Assembly (NCBI RefSeq): GCF_006345805.1
Contig: NC_043009.1
Coordinates: forward strand, 20,522,001-20,586,000
DNA from: Octopus sinensis
Taxonomy: Eukaryota
Length of the DNA stretch: 64,000 nucleotides
Reading direction: 5' to 3'
Part shown: piece by piece, positions 26,462-36,812 of the stretch
Position numbering within the stretch: position 1 is the stretch's first letter
Layout: each line of letters opens with the position of its first letter
Notes under the pieces: model-generated
The model's database searches: none
Told to the model about the DNA's origin: nothing
What the model saw: the letters and a program-made list of their open reading frames with translations, nothing else
Position numbers and translations under genes: made by a program

Positions 26462-29400
26462 ACATCTGCCCCTCCTGCCGTGAAGTTGGTTCATCTGGGA
26501 TATCTGACAGGAAGAGATCCAGTTTCATTTTAAAGACATCTGCATCCACCCCATGCAGGTCTCTTAGGTTCTTCGGGAGGATATTGAAGAGCTGTGGGCC
26601 TCGGAAGTCAGGCTATCACAGTATCTTGTCCTACATCTTGATGGCAAATTTGGAGTCCTAGGCACCACGCAGTGGCGCCCAGTTCTGGCATTTGTGTAAC
26701 TCTCGATGCCAAAGTTTGGGACAAGTCCCTCCAGGATCTTCCAGATGTATGTTATGGCATATCTTTCCCGCCTACGCTCCAAGGAATATAGTTTTAATCT
26801 CTTGAGTCTTTCCCAGTAGCTTATATTCTGCATAGAGGCTATCTTCTTCGTGTAGCTACGTTGGATCGCCTCAAGTTCTGTGATCAATTTGACACTGGAT
26901 GGTGACCATAACTGAGAGCAATAGTCAAAGTGGCTGAGGACAAGTGTCCTCCAGAGGACCATCATGGTTTCTTGTTCTCTTGTTCTAAAGGTTCTGAGAA
27001 TCCATCCGGCCAGTCGTCTACATTTCATTGCCAATTTAGCAACATGTACACGAAAGGTTGCGTCATCACTCATGTAAATACCCAGGTCACGCACTGATTG
27101 TGCCTCTGGGATTGCTATTCCTCCGGGTCCAGTGTATTCATTGGCATGCTGATAGTATAAAGCTTGAAACTTTTCAGCATTGAACTGCATGCTATTCTTT
27201 TCAGCCCACTTGTATATTTTGTCCAGCTCACATTGCAGGCGTTTAGTGTCCTCAGGGTTCTGTATTGCCTGTGAAACTTTTGTATCATCTGCATAACTTG
27301 TGATCGTGGCTCTCTGCGTGGCTGAGGACATGTCTGAGAGGGCCATTATGAACAGTAGTGGTCCCAAAACAGTGCCCTGCGGAACACCGCTCACTATTTG
27401 CGTGTTAATGGAAACCACCTGACTTGTATCTTTCAGAAAGTCATGAAGCCATTCTCCCAGTTTTCCAACTATGTTGAGATCACGCAGTTTGTGACATATC
27501 ATTCCATGATCGACTTTATCAAAGGCCTTTGCAAAGTCGAGATATATCACTTCCACATTTGAGTGGTTGAGCAGTCGTTTCAGCACCCAGTCATAGTGTT
27601 GTAGGAGCTGAGTTAAACAGCTTCTCCCTGGTCGGAAACCATGTTGGGTGTCGGGCAGCAAGTCATTTTCTTCAAGGAAGGTGATCAGTTTCCTTCTGAC
27701 TATTCGTTCCATGACCTTGCTGATGTGTGAGGTCAGAGAGATAGGTCTGTAGTTCTTGGCCTCCGCTCTGCTACCTCCTTTATGAATAGGGCATATTTTA
27801 CCTTCCTTCAGTTTTCTTGGAAGTTTGCCAGCTGCAAGGAAGCTCTGAAAGAGGAACTGCAGTGGTCTTGCTAGGACTCTCTTACATACTTTTAGGAGGA
27901 TTGCCGGGAATCCATCGGGGCCAGTAGCTGAGTCTGTTTTCATTTCATCTATAGCCTTTATTACATCGTCTTCCTTTATATCGATGTAATTTATCGTCGC
28001 CACCTCTGATTTTATATCTGCAGTGGTAAAGAAGTCAGTTGGACTGGTGATTTGGAAATGCCCAAGGGGTGGAGTGAAAACACTCTTGAATTGCTCATTC
28101 AGTATTTCACTTACCCTCATTGGTTTTCCTGTGAGTGTGCCATCCTTTTCAAGGAGTGGCCCTATCCTACAGTGCACCGTAGCTGTTTCTTTGGCATACC
28201 TGTAGAAAGCTCTGGGGTTAGATTTGATGTTGTCTATAGCCCAGGCTTCTTTGTCTGCTCTTTCCTTTTCATGGGAGAGTTGCAGACATTTTTCAATGTC
28301 CAACAGTTTTATTTTCAGGCGGGACTTTTCACTGCTTTCAATTTGTTTGTTTAGGCGATTTGTAATTTTTGTACGCCGTCTCATTAAAATTTTCCTCTCT
28401 CTGGGGATTTTGTTCTTGTGTACAGTGGCCTTTCTCTCTGGGACACATTTGTAGCATATGGCTTGCATTACAGACAGGAATTGTTGAAGTTTCACGTCGA
28501 TGTCTGGCGAGGAGAGACATTCAGGCCAGTTTTGTTTGAGGATCTCTTTCTCAATTTGTTTCCAGTTTGCCTTATGGTAGTTCAAGCTGGAAAGATTCTG
28601 AGGGTTTCTTGTAGGCTGCATGTCCGTGCTCTCTTTTGGCCTGTACATGGTCAGCTCTACCATGTTGTGATCCGAGAGTAGTGTCGGTGTCACTTTCACA
28701 TTATGGATGAGATCCATATTATTTGTGAAGCAGAGATCCAGTGTGTTACCTGCCCTGGTTGGTTGGAGTATTACTTGCTCCATGTACAGGGTGTTGATGA
28801 GGTTCAGGAGGGACCTCGCCTGTCCTCGTTCACATCTTGTCATTCCTGGGAGAGAAAGGCCCTCGGGCCATCTGACATTGGGTAAATTGAAGTCTCCCAT
28901 AAGAAGTACACTTATGTGTTGTTCTAATGTGATTAGAACTTCTATTTTTATAAGGCAGTCTTCAAACTTGCCTACATGGCTTGGGGCATCTGGAGGGCGA
29001 TATGTAGCACACACAACTACATCAAGTTGCCTTATATGTACAATTAGTGTGTCACACACCGAGTTTGAGTATGACAAAAGGACCTGGGGTGTGAGGTCCT
29101 CACGGATGTACATAGCAACTCCTCCATGACTCCTTTCTTTTCTGTCGGTCTGTAGTACAACATACTGTGGTATGTGTAATTCTGCATCTGCTATGTCCGG
29201 TTTCAGGTGCGTTTCCGTAAGTGCTTAGCATAAGGCTTGATTGCATGCAACAAAGTCTCTCAAGAACGGGCTTTTTGTCCTGTTACTGAGTGTTTGCAGT
29301 CCTCTGATGTTCAATAGGAGCATCGAGGTGAGGTGTATGTTGTTGCCGGCGGTGTCCATCTTGGGTCTGTTTGCTGTGGTGGTCTTGTATATTGTGGGTA

Positions 29401-30255
29401 GTCCCACCTGCGAGCTTGGGTTTGATGAAGCCGGGTTAGCTGCTGTACAATCTTTTGTGCCATGCACAAAAAAGATTCTTGCTCAGCAGCTGCCCTTTCA
29501 ACATCATGTTGGCGGTTTGTGGCACGCACCACATCTGCGTACATCCGTTTTGGGGCAGGTGGCGCGTGGTCCATCCCTTTTCCTTTTGTTGATGGTTTGT
29601 TACTTACCTGTTTCGGGTCTCTGCGGCATGGTCCCCGATGTGCAAAGAGGCAGCCTGCACCTTCCTCTCCATGCCAGCAGGTACCTCTCAGGTAGAAACT
29701 GCACACCCGTGTGCGCCGTTTATTTCCATCCTTTGTGGTTCCACTTCTATTCCTGGCTGTTTCACCCTTTGGTCCTGCTTGAGCTTTTCCTTTAGTTCTT
29801 TTAGTCCTTCCTTTAGTTCTTCCTCCCTCTATTTCTTCCCTGGGTTCTTCATCCCCATGGTCTTTGTTGCTGGTAGGAGCACTTGCACTTGGGTTCACTT
29901 CCCGGGCAGGTTTCTCACTCAAAACCTCTTCCTGGGTGTCCACCAGGTGAGGGTGACTTCTTTCATCACCACCCGCGTCTCCATCCTTGCCATCTTTGCC
30001 CTGCTCGTTCTCAAAGATGGCATCAAGCGTTCCAATGTGCGATCGCACAAGCGCATGGGAGCGTATGAACTCCTGCTTCTTCCTCTCTATCTGAGCTATT
30101 GTCCTTTTATAGCTGCCGCTCTTCAGCGCAGCCATAATCACATTGTTAGGGTTATCTTCGTCGGCGCATTTCCAGGCTCGTACGAACAACGCCAATTCGT
30201 CACGTCTCCAGGCTCTGGACATGTTGGATATTCTATCTATGACAAGAGAGATTGA
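26462..30255 (-). mobile_element. Near full-length CR1-like LINE (ORF1 plus APE-RT ORF2), 3' end lost
   Basis: ORF2 frame ~29359 to 26564 with one TAA (29225-29227): LLNIRGL, LTETHL, MGDFN, LLSDH, then RT motifs; ORF1 29311..30222. Confidence 0.93.
29311..30222 (-). CDS. LINE ORF1 protein with CCCH zinc finger
   Basis: 303-aa open frame; CSFYLRGTCWHGEEGAGCLFAH; 3' end overlaps the start of ORF2. Confidence 0.8.
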   Translation of the reverse strand: MSRAWRRDELALFVRAWKCADEDNPNNVIMAALKSGSYKRTIAQIERKKQEFIRSHALVRSHIGTLDAIFENEQGKDGKDGDAGGDERSHPHLVDTQEEVLSEKPAREVNPSASAPTSNKDHGDEEPREEIEGGRTKGRTKRTKGKAQAGPKGETARNRSGTTKDGNKRRTRVCSFYLRGTCWHGEEGAGCLFAHRGPCRRDPKQVSNKPSTKGKGMDHAPPAPKRMYADVVRATNRQHDVERAAAEQESFLCMAQKIVQQLTRLHQTQARRWDYPQYTRPPQQTDPRWTPPATTYTSPRCSY

Positions 30256-30279
30256 GAGCTGAGAGAAGATAAGAAGATA

Positions 30280-30792
30280 TTTTATTTATTTATCTACCTA
30301 TTTATATCTGTCTAATTATATTTATTTATCTATCTAATTATATCTATCTATTATATCTAATTTATCTATCTACTATTTATATCTGTCTAATTATGTTTAT
30401 TTATCTATCTAATTATATCTATCTATTATATCTAATTTATCTATCTAATTATATTTATTTATCTATCTAAAGTTAGATAAAGTTATTTATCTATCTATCT
30501 AATTATATTTATTTATCTATCTAATATTTATATCTGTCTAATTATATTTATTTATCTATCTAATTATATCTATCTATTATATCTAATTTATCTATCTAAT
30601 ATTTATGTCTGTCTAATTATATTTATTTATCTATCTAATTATATCTATCTATTATATCTAATTTATCTATCTAATTATATTTATTTATCTATCTAATATT
30701 TATATCTGTCTAATTATATTTATTTATCTATCTAATTATATCTATCTATTATATCTAATTTATCTATCTAATTATATTTATTTATCTATCTA
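30280..30792. repeat. Higher-order AT-rich minisatellite, ~75-bp unit built from ATCT-rich subunits
   Basis: Recurring tatttatatctgtctaa-ttatatttatttatctatctaa-ttatatctatctattatatctaa-tttatctatctaa. Confidence 0.85.
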
Positions 30793-30931
30793 AAGTTCAT
30801 TAAAGTTCACGTCTATGCATATACATACACATATACATACACAAGAAAAGAAAAGAAAAAGAAAAGAAAGTGAGGAAAATATATTAAAGTGTGGAAAGGA
30901 GATTATTTAAACCTAAAGCTAATTAGAAGAA

Positions 30932-31317
30932 GACTAGCAGTATCGCCTGGCGTTGCTCAGGTTTGTAAGAGAAATAACTATAAAGCATTTTTAGAGAGTT
31001 ATAGCCAAAAAATAGCAAAAAAATGGGGAAAAAATGATGGTAAATTTTTTTTGAGAGTTAAAAAGGTGGAGTTGCGTCCCCTAGACGGTCTGTGGTTTGG
31101 GTTTCTGATTCTCGACCCCATGTCGAATTTATCGATTTTTTTCAGAACTGGGGGAACTTTTCAAAATTTTCGCTGCGTTAGTTTTGAATTATGACATTGG
31201 GCTATGTGTGTGTCAAGTTTCATCAGAATCGGTTGAAAGCCGTGGTCAGAGTGAGGGTACGAGAAAACAGACACACAGAAAACGCACAGACAAACTGCCG
31301 TTTATATAGAGAGAGAT
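30932..31317 (+). mobile_element. Non-autonomous Helentron/DINE-1-like element
   Basis: 5' ACTAGCAGTATCGCCTGGCGTTGCTCAGG; 3' aagtttcatcagaatcggtt...(acag) repeats...tttatatagagagagat, the layout recalled for DINE-1/Lep1-type elements. Confidence 0.6.
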
Positions 31318-31850
31318 AGAGGTATGAAAAACGAGAACAGAGATTGAAAGAGAGTTATTCTCCAAATGTAAACAAAAAATGGCTTCGTAAATTTTAACGG
31401 AGATGCTAGCTTAAGTTAAGGGAAATAGAATAATAAATAAAATATGAAATAGAAGATGAAAGTGATACTTATCACAACGATGCAGCCGGAATTTTCGTGC
31501 TTTACGGAATTATTTTCCTTCACAGGAACAATGTTTCTGTTTCTTTCTTACAGGAGATAAGTTAATTTAATAAGTTGCCACCATGTGCGTTTTCGGCGAG
31601 ATGAAATTTACTGTTATTACATTTGGCTTCAGGCAAAATATATTACGTTTTTGATTAATATATTTTTAACCAATGTGTTGTAGTAGACTTTATAACTTAA
31701 AGTTTACGTTTTGTTACTTTCAGTAGATTATTTCGCCGATTTATGCAAACTTTTCTGTATTTTTCACAGAGCAAAGGCAAAACACGTCTTTCTCTGCAAG
31801 AACCGGAAATTGATATATATCTGTATATATATGTATGTATATATGTATAT

Positions 31851-34800
31851 ATCGAGGTAGTCAGAGTATGTGACAGAATACTGAAGATTAGTTTAGTGCT
31901 CCATCATAGTTTAGCAACTATTATATCGGCCTATGCCCCTCAGCCAGGGCTACCCGATGGACAGAAAGACTGTTTCTATGACACCCTACTGCAGACCACC
32001 TCACTGACGAACGACAGGGACCTTCTCTTTGTGGCTGGTGACTTCAATGGGCATGTTGGATGATGTGCTGAGGGCTTCTATGGCGTTCATGGAGGCTATG
32101 GTTATGGTTCTCGCAATGAGGAGGGAACCAGGCTGCTAGAGTTCTGTGATGCGAATAGTCTTATGGTTTGCAACACTAACTTCAGGAAACCGACAAGCCA
32201 CTTGGTCACCTACCGTTCGGGCCAGCATACTAGCCAAATCGACTACATCCTTACCAGAAAAAGGGAAAGATGGCTGCTTATAAATGCCAAAACCTTCCCA
32301 GGCGAAGAGTGTACCCCACAACATAGACTGGTAGTCAGTGGCTTTAAGATCAGGACTAAGAGGACGACTAGAAGACGACCAACATGGAGAAGAAGGGTCT
32401 GGAAGCTTAAAGACCCTGCAAATGGACAGAGATTTAGAGACATGTTACTTGAAGCCTTCGACGAAATAGAAGGGGGTATAGCTACACATGGGGTAGAAGA
32501 TAACTGGGCGCTTCTAAGGGACAACCTGCTGAAAGCCACAGACCAGATCTGTGGCTGGTGCAAAGTCCCCACAAGACCCAAAATAACGTGGTGGTGGAAC
32601 AATACTGTTGACAGGGCTATAGACAAAAGAAACAGGCTTGGAAGGACTGGAAGAACGGTGGTAGCAGGGAAGTGTATCAGACTGCAAGAAGGGAGGCTAG
32701 GAGGCAGGTGTATTTAGCCAGAGGGGAAGCAGATAAGAAAAAATTTGCCAATGTCCTGCGCCGTGAAGATGAAAGACTTGAGGTATTTCGTGTTGCAAGA
32801 CAGTGTGTGAGAGAGAATCGTGACGTGGTAGGAGAGAAATGTGTTCGCAAGGATGACGGCTCACTTGCGCTAAATGAGGATGCAAAGAGAGAGGTTTGGA
32901 GACGCCACTATGAAAGGTTGCTGAATGAGGAAAATAAATGGGATAAAGAGAGTCTGCCAAATGTTGACCCAACAGAGGAACCAGCAATCCGAGTTGACAG
33001 TTCCTTAGTAGATAAGGCAATTAGAAGCATGAAAACAGGGAAAGCCCCAGGCCCATCAGGAATTACTGCAGAGATGCTCAAAATATCTGGTAGTGCTGGC
33101 TATAGCCTAGTCACCCGTATAGTTAACCAGGTGATACACGAAGGAGTCATTCCCATGACTGGTGTAGCAGCATAATAGTCAACTGCTACAAAGGTAAAGG
33201 TGACGCCCTAGATACAATAACTACAGGGGTATCAAGCTGCTAGATCAGGTAATGAAGGTTACGGAGAGGGTTATAGCCCAACAAATTAGAGAGAGAGTTA
33301 GCTTAGATCAGATGCAGTTTGGGTTCGTGCCAGGGAAAAGTACTACTGATGCTATTTTCCTGGTAAGACAGCTGCAGGAGAAATACCTAGCCAAAGACAA
33401 ACCCCTATACCTGGCTTTTGTCGATATGGAGAAAGCCTTCAACAGGGTCCCCCGATCCCTTATCTGGTGGTCAATGAGGAAACTAGGGATAGATGAATGG
33501 TTAGTGAGAGCTGTACAAGCCATGTACAGCTAGTAAGGTGAGGGTTGGCACCGAGTACAGTGAAGAATTCAGGGTAGAGGTTGGGGTCCACCAAGGTTCA
33601 GTCCTCAGCCCCCTCCTATTTATCATAGTCCTCCAGGCAATAACGGAGGAATTCAAGAAAGGATGCCCCTGGGAGCTCCTCTATGCTGATGACCTTGCTC
33701 TAATTGCTGAGTCTCTATCAGAACTGGAGGAGAAGTTTCAGGTGTGGAAGCAAGGTTTAGAATCGAAGGGCCTTACAATCAACCTAGCCAAAACCAAAGT
33801 CCTAATAAGTAGGAAGGTAGACCAATCACAAACGCCTTCAGGTAGATGGCCTTGCTCGATCTGTAGAAAAGGCGTAGGTAGAAACTCTATAAGGTGCACC
33901 AAATGTAAGCTATGGACACATAAGAGATGTAGTAATGTCAAAGGAAGACTAACTAGGAAAATAGTTTTTATCTGTGGCAGATGCTCAGGAGCAATAAACT
34001 CTGAAAATATGCAGAGACCAACTTCTATCACGTTTCAGGGAGAAAAACTAGAAGTAGTTGATAGCTTCCGCTACCTAGGTGACCAAGTCAGTAGCGGGGG
34101 CGGGTGTGCTGAAAGTGTAACTGCTAGAGTAAGAATAGCCTGGGCAAAGTTTAGAGAGCTCTTACCCCTACTGGTGACAAAAGGCCTCTCGCTCAAAGTA
34201 AAAGGCAGACTGTATGATGCATGTGTACGTACAGCCATGCTACATGGTAGTGAAACTTGGGCTGTGACTGCTGAGGATTTACGTAAGCTTGCAAGAAATG
34301 AAGCTAGTATGCTCCGTTGGATGTGTAATGTCAGTGTTCATAGTCGACAGAGTGTAAGTACCTTGAGAGAAAAGTTGGACCTAAGAGGCATGAGATGTTG
34401 TGTGCAAGAGAGACGATTGCGCTGGTATGGTCATGTGGCGAGAATGGACGAAGATAGGTGTGTGAAAAAGTGCCACACCCTGGCAGTTGAGGGGACCTGT
34501 GGAAGATGTAGACCCAGGAAAACTTGGGTCGAGGTGGTGAAGCACGACCTTCGAACTCTAGGTCTCACCAAGGAAATGACCAGAGACCGAGACCTGTGGA
34601 AGTATGCTGTGCATGAGAAGACCCGGCAAGACCAGTGAGAACAATCAAAATCAAATCATATATCCGTGTCCGCTGCCAGCCTCGTCTGGCACCCATTCGC
34701 TCGTGGCCGTTTGCCCCCGTGTTGGTGGCACGTAAAAGCACCATCCGTTCGTGTTCGTTGCCAGCCTCGGCTGGCCCCCGTGCCGGTGACACGTAAAAGC

Positions 34801-35463
34801 ACCGTCCGTTCGTGGCCGTTTGCCAGCTCAGTCTGGCTCCGTGTCGGTGGCACGTAAAAGCACCATCCGCTCGTATTCGTTGCCAGCTTCAGCTGGCCCC
34901 CGTGCCGGTGACACGTAAAAGCACCGTCCGTTCATGGCCGTTTGCCAGCTCTGTCTGGCTCCGTGTCGGTGGCAAGTAAAAGCACCATCCGTTCGTGTCC
35001 ATTGCCATCCTCGGCTGGCCCCCGTGCCGGTGACACATAAAAGCACCGTCCGTTCATGGCCGTTTGCCAGCTCTGTCTGGCCCCGTGTCGGTGGCACGTA
35101 AAAGCACCATCCGTTCGTGTTCGTTGCCAGCCTCGGCTGGCCCCCGTGCCAGTGACATGTAAAAGCACCGTCCGTTCGTGGCCGTTTGCCAGCTCTGTCT
35201 GGCCCCGTGTCGGTGACACGTAAAAGCACCATCCGTTCGTGGCCGTTGTGCCAGCTCTGTCTGGCACCTGTGCAGGTGGCATGTAAAAAACACCCACTAC
35301 ACTCGCGGAGTGGTTGGCGTTAGGAAGGGCATCCAGCTGTAGAAACACTGCCAAATCTGACTGGGCCTGATGAAGCCTTCCGGCTTCACAGACCCCAGTT
35401 AAACCGTCCAACCCATGCTAGCATGGAAAACGGACGCTAAATGATGAGGATGATGATGATGAT
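31851..35463 (+). mobile_element. RTE-clade LINE copy 1, 5'-truncated, several frameshifts
   Basis: APE (SAYAPQ, GDFNGHVG, IDYIL), RT (QFGFVPG, FVDMEKAF, HQGSVLSP, LYADD), tandem 3' UTR array and (GAT)n tail; begins in a (TA)n tract. Confidence 0.95.
34660..35290 (+). repeat. Tandem array of ~61-bp units in alternating A/B types in the RTE 3' UTR
   Basis: About 10 units, each with cgtgYcggtgRcacgtaaaagcaccRtccg and a gccag/ctggc hairpin. Confidence 0.9.
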
Positions 35464-35509
35464 ATATATATATGTATATATATATATTTATATATATATA
35501 TATGTATAT

Positions 35510-35695
35510 ATATGTTTTTTTCTCTCCTTCTTCTGTGTTTTTCTCTCTCTGTGTATCTTTCTGTTGAGAGGCGTAGGCTCGAAACGTTAAAGACTGTTTT
35601 AATTTATATTTTCCTGAGCGCCATACTAATCAATTGTTCGTTTGTTTCCACCTGCCTTCGTCTTTTGTTTATTTTCATAAAGCTTCCCGTTAAAT
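35510..35695 (+). mobile_element. Penelope-like pLTR remnant with minimal hammerhead-like motif (35556-35593)
   Basis: tcttt-CTGTTGA-gag(gcgtagg)ctc-GAAAC-GTT-aaaga, between (TA)n tracts. Confidence 0.65.
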
Positions 35696-36107
35696 ATATG
35701 TATATATATGTATATATATATATGTATATATATATGTTGATATATGTATATATATATATGTATATAATATATGTTATATATATATATATGTATTATAATA
35801 TATATGTATATATATATATGTATATATATATATTTATATATATATAGGTATATATTATAATGTGTATATATTATTGTTTATATATATATATGTGTATATA
35901 TATATATGTATATATATATATGTATATATATATGTATATATATATGTATATATATATGTATATAGATATGTATATATATATATGTATATATATATATGTA
36001 TATATATATATGTATATATATATGTATATATATATATGTATATATATATGTATATATATATATTGTGTATATATATAATGTATATATATATATGTATATA
36101 ATATGAT

Positions 36108-36141
<34 letters not shown>

Positions 36142-36168
36142 ATATATATATATGATATATATATGTAG

Positions 36169-36199
<31 letters not shown>

Positions 36200-36586
36200 G
36201 TATATATAATGTATATATATATGATGATATAGATATATAATGTATATATATGTGTATATATGTATTATATATGTATATATATTATGGGATATGTATATAT
36301 ACATATGATATATACATATGTATATATATATATGTATATACATATGTATATATAATTGTATATATATATGTATATAATATATATATATATATATGTATCT
36401 ATACATATGTATTATATATGTATATATATATATGTATATATATATGTATATATATGTGTATATATGGTGTATATATATGTGTATATTATATATGTATATA
36501 TAGATGTGTATTATATATATACATATGTATATATACATATGTATATATACATATGTATATATACATGTATATATACATATTATATA

Positions 36587-36629
<43 letters not shown>

Positions 36630-36812
36630 GTATATATATATGTATATATATATATATATGTGTATATATATGTGTGTATATATATATATGTGTATATATA
36701 TGTGTGTATATATATACATGTGTGTATATATATATGTATATATATATATGTGTGTATATATATATATATATATACATACACACATACATACACACACACA
36801 CACACACACATA
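35695..36812. repeat. Compound (TA)n/(TG)n/(CA)n microsatellite
   Basis: Direct reading. Confidence 0.96.

Noticed and set aside
25138-27800. Twin-priming 5' inversion as the origin of the CR1 palindrome
   Set aside because: The arms cover the same region and are diverged subfamilies, whereas twin priming gives non-overlapping parts of one RNA
29241-30255. Plus-strand ORFs of 184 and 205 aa, and similar antisense ORFs over the RTE and Hero copies
   Set aside because: Shadow frames of GC-richer transposon coding sequence
34660-35290. CRISPR-like appearance of this array and the 52.4-54.1 kb array
   Set aside because: Units are wholly repeated with no unique spacers, there are no cas genes, and the context is a eukaryotic LINE 3' UTR
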